In this document: positions 44,481 through 62,411 of the stretch, one piece after another
How the letters are laid out: each line of letters opens with the position of its first letter
Position numbering within the stretch: the first letter of the stretch is position 1
Source of the DNA: the human T2T-CHM13v2.0 reference genome, Homo sapiens
Direction: 5' to 3' (one strand)
Assembly: GCF_009914755.1 (NCBI RefSeq)
Contig: NC_060945.1
Length of the DNA: 64,000 nt
Made by a program: the position numbers and the translations under genes
Notes under the pieces: model-generated
The model's database searches: none
What the model saw: the letters and a program-made list of their open reading frames with translations, nothing else
Told to the model about the DNA's origin: nothing

Positions 44481-46270
44481 TGTTTTTTCTATAGTCCTAA
44501 AACATCAGCGTTATTCATTCTTGCCACTCCTGGCAAAATCCAATTAGCCCACTTTCATATTGGAAATCTCTCTTGCCTGTGAAATACAGCATATATTTCC
44601 GATATAAATCACTCCCTTATTGGGCTAAATTGCTACTGCCTATATGCAATATATATGTTTTAATAGCTGACAAATACACATTCTCTTTAGCTTTTATATT
44701 TGTGCAACCTAAACCATGTGCAACTACCTATTCATCTAAAATAAGTATAGTTGTTGTTATGTCACACTATCAAGTATTTAGACTAATCTCCAAATTTTTA
44801 CATGGCATATTATAAAGGGTATATTTGAATTTTGAAATCAGTTTTATTTCACAATTCAATGTTTTAGTGGGTTTTATTCAGTTAAAAGCATCACATCTAA
44901 TCTTTCTCTTTTTTTAACTTAAAAGATACTTTTTTCATTTGAGATTTAAAGTAGACCTAGGTCACACTGATTCTAGGCATGTGAACTCAAATATGAATTA
45001 CACAGATTCAGGTTATAGCTTTACAAGAATGCTATCATGAAATTGCTGTAACTGGTCAGGAACTCTGGGAGTTTTAATCCTGGTTCTGTCACAAACCTGC
45101 CTTATGACCTTGGCAAGTTAATCTATGTTCCTGTATTTTTATGGAAAAAGTCACTGTTGTACCTGGGCACTTTGATAAACCTGTCATTGTAGTACAGTGT
45201 AATACAGAAGGAAAATCATAGATTCACACAATATATGATCTGCAAGAGAACATGAGGGAATATCCTGATTATACTTTGAACTAGAAACAGTACTGCACGT
45301 AAACCACTAGTCAAACAACGTCAGATTAAATGCCAAGAGGGGATGAAATCCCAAGCAAGAGCCATCTATATTAAAATTTTCCTGAAAATTTAATAAAAAA
45401 TATTTCTCCCACATTATAATCATTAATTATACAATAACAATAAGTTATATGAAATAACTTGTCAAATTTTTGTTTTATTTTCAAATAGCTTTTTTACATG
45501 CACCCAATAATTTGCTTGCTATATTTTTGAAGATAGATTATTAAATTCCCAGTTTAATTTTTTTTTTCTAAAGTCTCATTTCACATCCTTTCTGTCTTAT
45601 AATCAGTTTCTAATGATATCTAAGATCTTGACTCCATTATGTTGGAAAATCAATCACAAATATGTTGATTTAAAATTGACTGCAGGGAACACACCTAGTT
45701 TAATAAAACTTTTTTGCTTTTAAGCATGTAGGTTTTGAAGAAATCAAGTCTTAGGGCAATTTTATTTGTCTCAATCTCATAAAGCCACATTTAGCATACA
45801 GTATTTTTAAAAGGGTGTTCTAATTAGGCAATACATTCTTTTATTAAGGTCCACATTTTTTATTATTCCATATTTTGCAGGCTTATGCTAAATAATTAAT
45901 TTCCATTTGTTTATAAATAAATAGTAAGGTATCACAAAATTAGTTAACTTCCAGAAAAGTGTAAACCAACAAAGACAAAATTCTGTTTGGGGCAATAAAC
46001 TCACTTAATACCTGCTAACTTGTTTTAGCATGTGAAAACTGAACAACTGACAATTTGCATTTCTAAGACAATGACCATATATGTGATAATTTTATGGAGT
46101 ATGTATACATTTAAAGTATGAGATACAGAGAAACATCTTAAATAACCTAAATAATAAGATAGTAGCTATGAAGAAGGCATATTCATGAAATTCATGGTAT
46201 TGTATTATACTACTAGTTCACACACAAGACACACACACACACACAAAAGGTGTGTGTACATCTTTTGAAT

Positions 46271-46510
46271 TAACTTTATTGGGGTATAATACATATATAA
46301 TAACATATTTATTTTAAGCTATCAATTAAATGTTTTGACACATATATTCAGTTGTATGAATATTACCCATATAAAGTTTTAGAATATTTTTGCAGACTCA
46401 GAAATTTCCTCCTGCTCCATCTGTAGTCATCTCTTACCAACCCCACCTTCTAGGCAACCACTGACATATTTTCTGTCAGTATAATTTAGTGTTTTTCTGT
46501 CTTAGCATTT
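46271..46510 (-). mobile_element. L1MD/ME-like 3' fragment
   Basis: aactttattggggtataat...ctaggcaaccactgacatattttctgtc. Confidence 0.75.
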
Positions 46511-46778
46511 GTTTAGCTTTTTGGATCTGTGAGTTTAGGTTGTCATCTAATATACAACTTCAGCTGTCAACTGTTTCAGTAATCATTAGTTTCATCATCA
46601 GTTTCATTTTACAGTTGAAGAAGTTAAGATACCAGGTTTTTAAGTAGATTGGCTGAAACTGTGGCTGATTAGAATGAAAGTCAATTTGAATAGCTAAGTT
46701 TTCTAACTTCTTGGCCAGAACTTTGTCATCTTTACTACTCTGAATGCACCAAAAGTAACAAAAAACACAATTTGATGA

Positions 46779-49360
<2,582 letters not shown>

Positions 49361-50782
49361 GAAATACAACAAAGTTTTTTATTCTCTATTTTATATTTTT
49401 AAGAAAATGTCTTTATCTCCTGAACTTACCTTTCAAATAGAAGTTGAGATTTCAAATATTAATCATAAATATTTTTGTTCTACCTACTTGGATTATAGAG
49501 TTACTCACAATTAAGGTGAAATTTTACTTCAGTGCATGAGAACAGTCACTTATTTATTTTTATGAAAAACTCATCTATTTTAATTCAGGCAGAGGATAAC
49601 TGTCTTTTGTTTACATGTTTTATAAATGAATCAAATAAGTCTCACTTCTTGCCAAATTCTACAATTTTAGAATAAGTAATTATATGTCTCTTCCACTTAG
49701 CCCTTTTGGTTATCAGAATAACAGCCAATTTTGTGAGAAGGCAATTTTGTTTAAGTTGAAATTGATGCTTAAAATGTACTTCTGTCTTAAAATCAGAATA
49801 TGAGTGACAATGAAACATTTTACAATATGTTAACACTGAAGATAATACATATAAAAGGAAAGTCTGAATGAGACAATGTGCAAAATGAGAACATACAAAA
49901 TTCCTTTTACTACTAGGTTATCAAGTAAATAGTTCTGAAATCGTAGAGTTAAAATTTTGTGTTTTTATGTAGCAATAATTAGATAAGAAGCACAATGCAT
50001 TTTGCTTCACTGGTATACTTTTTCTTACATGGAAAAATATTTTTCTCCTATTTTTTTCTCCATCTGGGCATCAGAACTGAGTTTGGAGTAAAAATATATA
50101 AACTTGTTCAAAATGTATGTGTATATTCGCTCTGAGAGAGAGAGACAGCGAGAGAGAGAAAATCTCTACTATGTACCATGGCATGTGCTGGGCTTGCGTA
50201 CATTGAAAGGCAAAAATCTCTTAGGACACCTAAGGTAATATACCCTGTGTGGGAAATACAAAGAATATTGGAATAGAAGCAAATAATCAAATTATGTTTT
50301 TTGAATGGAGGAATAGAAAGCTGGGACCTTAAAATGCGTAAGATTTAGCAAGGTGAAGAATGAAGACAAATACATTTTGGGTAGTGGCTGTCTCCAAACC
50401 TTCTTCACCAGAACTTGGAGAAGGGCATAGATCTCCCAGAAACATAGGCATCCACATGAAAATGACAATACAAATAAACATACTTACCTGGAACTTGGAG
50501 GACATCATGGAAAAAAAAATATATAATTCAGGTAATTAGCCTGTAGTTTCTATTAGGATCCATGGAAATGTTCTAAGATTTCTTTAGTGAAAAAGAATAC
50601 CCAGTCCTGATTTCTGAGTAATTTCAACAATTTACAGGAAAGCTAGAGTAAAAGGGGCCAGCACAGGTGTCCGAAAAGGAGGTGCAGAGGTACGGGAGAA
50701 AGCCCATAGTTTTAGGGCGAGAGGAAAATCAGGAAGAAGCGAAGGAGACTGCGAAGAGGAAGTATTTTTTAAAAGTAGGAGT

Positions 50783-50955
50783 TTAGCCAGGCATGGTGGC
50801 GCATGCCTGTAGTCCCAGCTATTCGGGTGGCTGAGGCAGGAGAATTGCTTGAATCTGGGAGGGTGGAGGTTACAGTGGGCTGAGATCACACCACTGCACT
50901 CCAGCATGGGCAACAGAGTGAGACTTGGTCTCAAAAAAACAAACAAACAAAAAAA
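50783..50955 (+). mobile_element. Alu right monomer (5'-truncated)
   Basis: Starts ttagccaggcatggtggc; (CAAA)n tail; ggagtt on both flanks. Confidence 0.93.
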
Positions 50956-53010
50956 GAACTGGAGTTATTGGCTCTGAAGAATGCTGTGGGAGAATAAGTG
51001 TGATGAGAAGAGAAAAAATAAATTAGACTTAGTAAGTGGGAAGGCCAGAAAATGTTAATAAGTATAGTTTTGTTTAAGATACGTTAAGTGATAATTTTTT
51101 TAAGTGCCATATTAAGATTGGAATTGATTCAGAGGAATAAGGTGACAAAGTGGAGACATTATGGAACACAAGACTTTTAGGAAGGTTATATGTTGAGGGC
51201 AGAAACTGGATACAGCGTTAGGACAGCTTGTATTCCTTTATGAAGAGAAATATTATTACATGCCGACAAGCTGGGAGACTGAGGAAACAGGACTGAATTT
51301 GCAAGAGCAGGAGGAAGCGATTCATGAACAGCAGCTCCTGAAAAGGTGGGATGAACACAAGTGCAGAGTTTTATCTTGTGCAGGAGGAGAAACAAATTAG
51401 AGGATTAGGCACATTTTTGTATTTAGTAGTGGCACACTAATTTTTGTTTGATGAAAGATAATTTATTACATGAAATGTAAGACAAGGTCATAAGCTGCAG
51501 ACAAAGGTAAATTGGACCATTTCTGCAGAGAAGATATAAAATAGCTATAGAGGGTAATGTTTGTTCCTTCAGCTTTGCTAAAACCTGGTACTTAACCCAC
51601 TTCAGATACTAATAGCAGCCTTTTATTATTTGCTTCAAATGTAGTGTAGGAGGAGGATGGAATTGAATACAATATTGGGGAGAGCTTTAGATATGTACTC
51701 TTCTTCAGAAAGCAAACTAATGCTGAAATCACTGAAGTATAATAGAGTAGCTTCTGTCTAATTCTTTTTTTCACTTTTGGAATTCTGCTGCAAAGAAATG
51801 CATGCAGATGTGAATTCACACAAAATATCTAAGACCACTGCATATAAGCAAGGAAATTTACATAATTCTTGTGATATTTATACAGATGAGCAGCCAGCTA
51901 TTTCCCACCAAAGTGGACAATAACAAAGATACTAAAATATTAAATAGTAAGATATTGTTATGTTGAATACCATATAGTCTTAGAACCATTTTCCTTAAAA
52001 GGATCTCTGGGTGCTACACTATGTCACACCCACATATTTGTGCTTTTTCAATAATAAGATCACTTTTTAAAAACAGAACAACATGTTGTACTTTGAAATA
52101 TCCCATTGGTGCCTAGTGTTTTTTCATCAACCACACGCTATTGGCTTTTTCATGGATATTTTTGGCCTAAAAAATAATGAACAGGTGGTGTTGTGGTAAG
52201 AAGTCATGTGGGTGTTAACGTGGCATCACTTCCTTTTCGCACAAGAGAAAGCATTTTCAGAATTCAAACTGCCAATCTACTCAGTTGGCACCTGCAGCCT
52301 AAACTGGAATATCATTTGAGCGCAGGCATGTTGCCATCATAACAGATGGTTATGAGTGTTGACAGCCAAGTGATCATGTATGTACATCGGTTGTGGGTGT
52401 TTAAAGCAAGCTGCTCATTTAAGAAGGTCAAACAGCAGTCTGTCCAGAGCTTCCACAGGCAATATTAAGAGGGATAGCTATCTCTCAAATTCTATCAATG
52501 TTCTTACTTCATGCAGGCTGAAATGTTCATATTGAAATCAATAGAAACCAGTGGCATAGCCGATGCCCCAAATCTGAAATAAATTAAATGATTAACTGTA
52601 ATAGCGAAAAAGAAGTCTTCCAAGTCACATAAAGTGAGTTGGAGTTGTGGTAAATTACATGTAATATATTCTTTTTAAGTAGGATGCTTGGTCTCGTAAA
52701 TTTATCCCCAAATAGCCCTAAAGTTTCCACTAAACTGACCTGCCTAATTATTTATTAATGTTATAAAATCAGCATATCATTACAACACTGTAGAACATCT
52801 ACAATGCATTCTACCAGGTTTTTTTTTTATCCCCTAAGTAAGCTAAATCTAAATACAGCCAATCTAAAACAGCATATATTAGTCATCCAACTTTAAGTGA
52901 ATTTTTTTAAGTCATAAGACACACAAAAATGTATGACCTCCAATTACTTACATTCGTTTGTTCAACCAACAATATTTTTATGAAAGAATAAATGAATGAA
53001 CACAAGTATG

Positions 53011-53625
53011 TGTAGTTGACTTTCCTAAAATGCTCCCTCCACCTATCCCCCTTTATCCCCAAGTCTTGACATTTATATTATTATATAATCTCTTCCCTTT
53101 GAGTACAGATAGGAGCTGTGACGTAATCTAATCCATAGACTATGGCAAAGGCGATGTCATTGTTACTTTCATTAGGACATTATGTATCATTGCAACTGAC
53201 TTCTTGCTCATAACTTCAGTTTTTTGCCTTTTTGTTTCTAATGTTTGCAGGGATCAAATGACCATGAAAGAGAGGCCTGTGTGGTAAGGAATTGAGCACT
53301 TCTCCTGTCCAACAGCCAGCTAGGAAGTGAGGGGGACCACTGGTTGATAGACAACAAAAAATGAGTCTCTCACACCAGAATATTATAAGGGACTGAGTCT
53401 TACCAACAACCATGTGAGGCTGGAAGCTGATCCTTCCCAAGATCTGAAATGAACCCCCGGCCCCGGTTGACACCTTGATTGCAGGTATGTCAGAGATCCT
53501 GAAGCACAGTAGCAAGCTAATTCATGCCTGCATTCCTGACGCTCAGAAATTGAAATAACTGATGTGTCTTGATTTAAGCCACTGAGTTTGTGGAAATTTT
53601 GTTATGTAGCAATTCATAATTAATT
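53011..53625 (+). mobile_element. MaLR LTR (MLT1E-like)
   Basis: gagaggcctgtgtggtaaggaattgag...gctggaagctgatccttccc...aagccactgagtttgtggaaattttgttatgtagcaat. Confidence 0.85.
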
Positions 53626-54207
53626 TGATTTTTTAAAAGTAATTAAAAATTTGGGTAATAAAGGAATCTGTATTAAATAGAAAAAGCAAAGACATTTGCA
53701 TAGAGGAGATGGTCTCTTGAATGATATTATAGTTGTTGTCTACAACCCTAGAAGACAGAAGTAAGTATGATCCAAAAGGTAAATATCATAAATGCTAGGG
53801 AGAGTGCTAAATGATACAGAGATCAAAATGATAACCCTTTGCCCAAATGATTCCACATTCATAGATTTTCTTTTTCATGTTTGAGTTTCCATCAGTTTGC
53901 TGAGTGATTGGTATTTCGTAGATTTTACAAATCAACAAATCCACACATCACAAAATGATAGAAAATTGGTAATATAAATAGTATATGATAGAAAGTAGTA
54001 AAGCTGCTGGATAAGAGTACTTGGTGAATAACTGGTTAAATAAAGTGGAATATTTTATGGTAATAATTGCAGAAATAGTTGCCATTTTTTGGTATTACCA
54101 TTGGAAAAGCAATAAGCAAGTTTTTATATACATTCTTACATTTGATATTCTCAATCAGCATGTGAATTAGGCAATATATTACAAGCATGATAAGACTTGG
54201 CGATGTA

Positions 54208-54595
<388 letters not shown>

Positions 54596-54899
54596 TCAAA
54601 TACCATGTCCCTAAACACTTTGTAGGCTGCTCAAATGATAACCGACTTCAAAGCTGGTTAGTGCAGTTTTAAATTAATAACGGAGTGAAAATAAAGAGAA
54701 CAAAATAATTGCATAATTGGTTTGTAATCATAAATCTTCCACTATACAGTTATGTAATTAAAAACAATCTTCCATCTCTAAAATAAGGATTGTTTACTAA
54801 ATGATCTAATCTTTCCATTATAAAATTCCACAGTTATAGAAAAGCAAGTAAGGCCCATTTTGACAGCCTTGTGCTAGGAAGTAATGTATATATAAGTTT

Positions 54900-56330
54900 T
54901 CTACTTGGTTTTGAGAGATTGAATTGGATGGTATACTGGAGGTTAAAACTTTTTAAATTCTACTTTATTATTACATTTGAAACTTAGAAGTGTTGTTAAT
55001 AATTTCTTTTGACTGTGATAGTAAAAATATATTATGTTCTGGTAAAGCACAAGAAAATGCCAGCGAATGTTTTCTAAATGAGGGTAGAAGGGAAAAAACC
55101 GGTGTGCAGATGGAAGTATTGGGTTTTAATAAGAGATACTTTTCTCATTGTTGCTGAAGGGAAGGGGGGTAGCAGAAATGATCAATTTTAGTACCAACAT
55201 GTTGGGGAATTACCATTTCATGACTTTTATTTGCTCTTTTCTACATGAAAAATGTTCATTAGTTTATTAGAGAAGAAAGTTTAAAAAATGGTATGGCCTG
55301 CAATGGCTTGATGTAATCATGAAGAGTGAACACAGAACAAAGTTCCTTGAGTATCACAAAAAAATAATGTAGGATCAAGAACTAGCTGTCACTAGTGACT
55401 GTGAATGTATGCTATAGTGGTATCTATTTGATTTTATTCATCAGCGCTTATTGTACAGGGGCAAATTTACATAATTTGATTGAGATATTTTACACATGAA
55501 TAGGTATTACTTGGGAAGTTAACAAATTATGGAAGAGCAAGGGAGTTAAAAGAACAACTGAATAATGGTCCATGAATAATGGTCTCAGTTGCATATGAAG
55601 ACAAATACAGACCATGATAATAAAAGGATATGGTTAGAGATTAGGATATTTAACATAGTAACTTCAAAGTTTTAGTTCCCAATGATCCAGCATTGAGCAC
55701 ATATTGGAAGACAAAAATGAAATAGAAAAAAGTTATTTATAGGGGATTGTGTTTTTTCTCAAGAATATGAAGGCATCCTGGTGGGTTGGGTGGGATTCTG
55801 TAGATCAGATTTTAAGATCTTAGATGAATGAAGATAATATCTGTAAAATAAGATGATTATATAGTAGAAAGCAGTATATCAAATGGCACAATCATCAAAG
55901 AACAGTGAGTTCTACAAGAGAATGAAGGATAGTTGGAAATAAGGAAAAGAGTGATTCTACTTCCCAACATGAGGCATATGAAATGTGAAAAAATAAAAAA
56001 GCCTCTATTTGAATGGATTGAAGAGGAAACAGTGTGTTTAGTTAAAAGACAGAGGTAGAAGTAACTTTTGGACAAAAGAATTTTGAGGGAACATTATACG
56101 CTATTGAAATTAGAACACAGCATGCAGTTTCCATAACAGCAGTATTAGAAGAGATGGGGAAATGAAGAGGAAACTCCATCGGGGAAAAGGAATTTTAAAA
56201 GTCACTAGAAAAAAGAACAACTTGTAAGACTGATGCTCTGAGAAACGTACATGTTAAACACTGACCAAGAAAAATAGTGGCAAGTGGTGAAGTTGATTTA
56301 GTCTTGATGTTTTCTTGCAGAACAGAGAGA
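54900..56330 (-). mobile_element. Probable degraded L2
   Basis: Purine-rich plus strand with L2-like texture; boundaries uncertain. Confidence 0.4.
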
Positions 56331-57004
56331 ACCTTTACGTTTAATGAAATTCAGCAGTAGTCTGCGAGGGACAGTGTAGAAATTATGGTATGGAGGTGGA
56401 CATTACTTTTCCTGAGTTAGTACAGCTGACACTGTCAGCAAGACTCAACAATCTTGCCGGAGTGAGAAGATAGTGGCACCATCTGGTCATTACTCAGTTC
56501 ATCCTTGTTGGGGCAGCATCCTGCCTAGTTAGAAGTTGTTTATGCTGGTTCACCAGATTTGCCATTTGTCAAGGTTCTGCCTTATCTCCAAGAGATTTTG
56601 CAGTGATTAGAAAATTTGCCTTCTGTAAAATAATAATAAAAATAACCCCAGAGAGTCAAGGATTATTACAAGGAATGACACAAAAATTATATTGCCAAGG
56701 GAAGATTTGTATACCATATGCCTCTACTGCTAGAGATGTAGAGATTTAGCAGCTAAACCAAAAATGTATACATCATCAGTTAACTATTCATGGCATGCAG
56801 AAGGAAGACAGAAAGCACAAAGAAACAAAACTACATTTTTAAGAAAAGCATTATTTCCTGATATTGAGAACTGGGAAAAAAAATTTTCTTCCACATGCTT
56901 TCTTTGAAAGAAGCTTATGGAAATACTAAAAAAGTATCCTTTAAGTTGTCTTTATAAGTGGCCAGAAAAAATGTTTCAAAGTTTAAAAAAAAAACATAGT
57001 ATGC

Positions 57005-57661
<657 letters not shown>

Positions 57662-60600
57662 TATGCTTTATGCTGATAGTTGTCAAAATATTAAAACACT
57701 ATCGATAAAGTAAGTCAAGCTCTTGATGTAATTGATATGCCTACTTTTACGCTTCTCGTATTTAATCCAAAATAAAATTTTGAATATTCAGATAAATGAA
57801 TGGGTCATATGTTCTTTGATAAATCCTTCATAAATGTTCTATTATTATATCAGGAATTTGATAAACTAATATTTGGAATATTAAGAAGTGTTTGGTTGTT
57901 TTACAAGACAAAATAAGGTTCCATAGGTGACCAACAAAATTTCTACTCTGCAAGAAATTGGAGTGCAAATATTTCATAGTGCTTGTTAATGGCAGGCATG
58001 CATGCTTTAATATTCAGTGAGGCAGAGGGAAGGGTTAAGTCCTCTCAGAAAAATTTAAAATTTGGTCTTGCCTTCCTCAGAAAAATGCTCTAAGTCCATC
58101 TGTTCCAATAATACTTATAGACGGTCATGGCCCCAAAGTTCTATGTCATGGAGATTAGATGTAATGATTTTTAGTTTGGAAAATATTCAAAACAATGTCC
58201 TAGTGTGGTTTTTGTTTAAAAAAAAATAAATTAAATCCTCACAGGCATTTCATTTAAGCAATGTGGTTATGCTGAAATCTTCAAAATGAGGGTTGTAAAT
58301 TTAACTCTCACATAACTATTACATTGGATTTCTGAACATATGCCATGAAATGCTGAAAAACAATTTACAAAGAGGGTGGTTTTGTTTTTAGAATAATCAG
58401 TGTTACTGCTCGTATAGACAATAATTAGAGTACAAGAACAATGGCCTGTTATGCCACTTTGTCATAGTGTGGGAAATAACACCATGTATTTGGAATACAG
58501 ATAACTATCAGTTGTTTTAATTTTAATAGTAGAGCATCTGAATTCGGTCTTTGCAGAAATAGAATTACTCTAAAATAAGTATTACAATTCAAAAAGATGT
58601 ATAAGAGTTTAAACTATATTATTTTGTATTACTAGTAAACAATTAGTCAAATTTTTAAGGAGGCAGGATTTTATATGATTTGGAGAACAGACATTCTGAT
58701 CAAAGAGACAGGCTCTAAGATTACTATAGATATTTCACACTGAGATGAGATGCCCTGAACAAGTGTGATGGAACTGACTTAGAGAAAACAATGAGTAAGA
58801 CTGAGATATCAAAGAAACATGGAACAGACATTTGTATCCTAGTGGTATCAGAAATTTTGGTTTAGGACAACTATGTAATGTAATGCCAGAATATAATCCT
58901 AAAATCTAACCTATGTGTACTATTTAACACCTTTACTCTTATTTGTAATGACATTCATTGCATGCATTTAAGTGTGTCTACAAGAGATAAGCTTTAAGCC
59001 GCTGTTTAACTGAATTTGAAACACTTCGATTAAATTTGAAATACCCTAAGGTATCTTTCATATACATAACTATACATATCAATATTCTTCATTTTGGAAA
59101 AAAAAATTTCCTTGGACAAAGAAATGGATATATCTGTGGTGGCTTAGCTCTTTTTGAATGCTCACACATCCTTACACATGGCTCCTTTCCATTTGGACTT
59201 GAGTTTTCCCATGCACACAGGAAGCTTTTGCTGGTTTATGTGGGATTTCTGCTCATGCTTAACAGAGACTGGATTTTCATAACTACTACTCTTGGAGCTG
59301 TTTATTACTTAAGAAATACCGGGTAAGCAACCTGAGCAATATTTACTAGGTAAATGGGTAATATTTGTATGGGTTTATAAGCTTAACCTCTCAAATAGTA
59401 CAATAATTCAGAGAGAACAGAAGCATGGTGTACCATTCAGTCAATAATACTGTTTTTGTAGAAGGAAATTTAACTATAGAAGGCGAATAATCATTGAGTA
59501 CCAGTATTATCAAAACATTTGCTTAACACTATTACATACGCAAAGTTTGAAGAAATGCAGAATAACTATTTGCCTAATTCGTTTTAAACATTAAATGACT
59601 TTTGCCAAATCTAGACCTACTTACTTTGCTTCTCATTTTCAGTTGTAATCTTTTAAAGAAGTCTTGAGACTTCAAGAATTTAATGTTAATATTTAACTCA
59701 TGATGTGTGCTTGTACAAGTTTGTGCTCAGCCTGGTTCAACTGAGAGTTTCATGCTGGTATTGCTTTCCTCAAGTGAGAGAAAGCATTTAGTATTTGCTA
59801 AATAGCTTTATGTCCATTGTAAAACTGCCTGCATTTTTGTTTATCTTGACCTTTTCTTTCTCTTTATTATTATTTACTTCATAAACATTCCATGATGATG
59901 AGAACATTTATCTTTCACAAATATCTCTATTTCTAATTTTTTAGAATATATCTTTGTCCATCTTTAATATTTTGTGGGATTAGCCGTCCCACTTCAGCAG
60001 AACAGAATACAGTATGACAATGTAAAGGTAAGCAACCCAGTAACCTTTATAATAGTAAACAAAATAGTCATTTACCTGGATTAGATGGTAGAAATTTGTC
60101 TTTGTAGTAGACTACCAAGTCCACGTGGTACGAAGAAATAATACTGTCTCAAATTATTTAAATGCTAATATGATCAGCATGTATGAATAACAGAGCTGAA
60201 CTTCAAATAATATTAATATTTGAAATAATATCACAAACAGGTAAATTCATGGAGTGCTTATGATTATAAGCATTTTGTCTACATGAAAATTATGTCCATT
60301 TTTAATATTAGAAACTTTAGGCACAAAATATTAAGTGACTTGTTCTTCCTCTCATATTAAATGCATTCTCAGTGTTAAGTAAATGTGTTTTTAAAAGCTT
60401 GATTTCCCAAAGAAATAATAAAGTGTAGTATAAAATAGTATAACCTCTTGTATAGCCTCTGATTTAACCTCTAATGAAAAAACAGAATTGTCATATATAT
60501 TCATTCATAATAAATTGCACTCAAATTTGGCCTCATATGCTCTTAGAATTGTAAAATTTTACAGTGGAAAGACTAGGCCTTTAGTAAAAACTCTTTTAGA

Positions 60601-60809
60601 GATGAAAAAATAAAGCTAAGAAAGTTTTTTTATAAGTACTTAGTGGCATATCTATGACGAAAATCCTTGTCATAATATGTACGCATTTTTCATATGTATT
60701 TCTTATTTATACACTAAAATGCTTAAGTTGTCTAGGGTGATTTCCAGCGTTTGCAAATAAGAAACCTGATGGACAGGCTTAAACAAACACAAATATATAG
60801 CAAAGCACT

Positions 60810-61340
60810 CTTTGAGCCTACATTACCCTGTAACTATTATCCTATTTTTATTCCATTCACAATGGAACTACTAAAAAATGTAATCCAAATCAGCTCACAA
60901 TTCTCTTCCCTTACATTCTATAATTTAACCAGAATCAGACTCATCTCTTCAGGCCTCTGCTAAGCTCTCTCACACTTTTACAAAGCAATTCAATACAGAG
61001 TTTGTGATATATCCAATTATTCCACCCCACATGTCATTCCCTAATTTTTCCCCTCTTAGTAATTGGTGCCACTCATTATTCAGTTGATCAGGTAACATCC
61101 CAATTGTCATTCTTAATTTCTTGCTTTCCTTTAAAACCAAGATCTAATACATCGGTGAAACTTGTTGTGGTCACTACCACCAAAACATTTCAAGAATCTT
61201 ACCACAATTTCTTACTTGCATTATCACCCTGCTCCAAGCAATCATCTAATCTCACCTGTATTATTACAGTCGCCGATAACTGATCACTTGGATGCATCCT
61301 GTGCTTGCTATTGCTAGTGAATACAGTCAGAGTAATATTG
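60810..61340 (+). mobile_element. L2 fragment
   Basis: aattggtgccactcattattcagttgatcagg...caagcaatcatctaatctcacctgtattattacagt. Confidence 0.65.
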
Positions 61341-61889
61341 TTAAACTCAGTCTGAAATCATCAACCTCTAGAGAATATTTAAAGCCATGAAAGAAGCCTG
61401 AGGGCTCACAGGAAACTATATAATGCCAGTTAGGAAGATCAAGAATTATTTTCAGGCACTCCAATGTTTAGAGGACAGGAGGATGCTGAGAAGGCAGAAA
61501 GGAGTTCAGAGATAAATAAGTAGTAAAGTTTAGAGTAGGCTCAATCCAGTAGGTAGGTGGGAGCACCGAGACATTATATTCATGATATTCATGGTTATTT
61601 TATATTGTGTTCATTAATGGATGTTAATTAGCTTTATTTATGATTTTACAATATGTATCAAAATATCACATCACATATCATAAATACATTCCATTTATAT
61701 TTTTAAATTTAAAAGATAAATTTATAATTTTTTTAAAAAGCAATAAAAAATGCAATGCCATTCTCTCATTGGAATCTAAGATGGTCTCTAAGAAACATTG
61801 CCTAATATATATATACACACACTTACATATATATATATGTGTATATACACATACATATATACATAAACAACTCATATATATATTTTTTA

Positions 61890-61968
61890 AGTTTTATTTT
61901 TTAATTTTTAATTTTTCGTGGGCACCAAGTAGGTATATATACTTAGGGAGAACATGAGATATTTTGAT
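61890..61968 (-). mobile_element. L1MA 3' terminus fragment
   Basis: ttttaatttttcgtgggcaccaagtaggtatatatacttaggggagaacatgagatattttgat. Confidence 0.7.
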
Positions 61969-62141
61969 GTTGCCTGTTATATTTTGACTGTAACTTCTAT
62001 AACGATGAACATAAAGTTTATATTTAGTTTATTTTCAAGTTACCATGTATTTATTTTAGTTTATGCTAGGTAAGTTAAACACATTTCAATTCTTTCGATC
62101 ATTATGAAATGATTTTTAAACTTTTTTATAAAACAAAATTA

Positions 62142-62411
62142 TCTCGCTCTGTTGCCTAGGCTGGAGTGCAGTGGTGCAATCTCAGCTCACTCCAGCCTCT
62201 GCCTCCAGGGTTCAAGCGATTCTCCTGCCTCAGCCTCCTGAGTAGCCGGACTACAGGTGCGCGCCACCACGCCCAGGTAATTTTTGTATTTGTAGTAGAG
62301 ATGGCATTTCACCATATTGTCCAGGATGGTCTCGATCTTCTGACCTAGTCATCCGCCTGCCTCAGCCTCCCAAAGTGCTGGGATTACAGGCGTGAGCCAC
62401 CACGCCCGGCC
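62142..62411 (-). mobile_element. Alu (AluSc-like) lacking its 3' end and tail
   Basis: Starts at tctcgctctgttgcc with no gagac/poly(T); ends cacgcccggcc. Confidence 0.95.

Noticed and set aside
50480-50491. ATACTTACCTGG, identical to the U1 snRNA 5' end
   Set aside because: The match ends after 12 nt, so it is not a U1 pseudogene; at most an isolated minus-strand donor motif.
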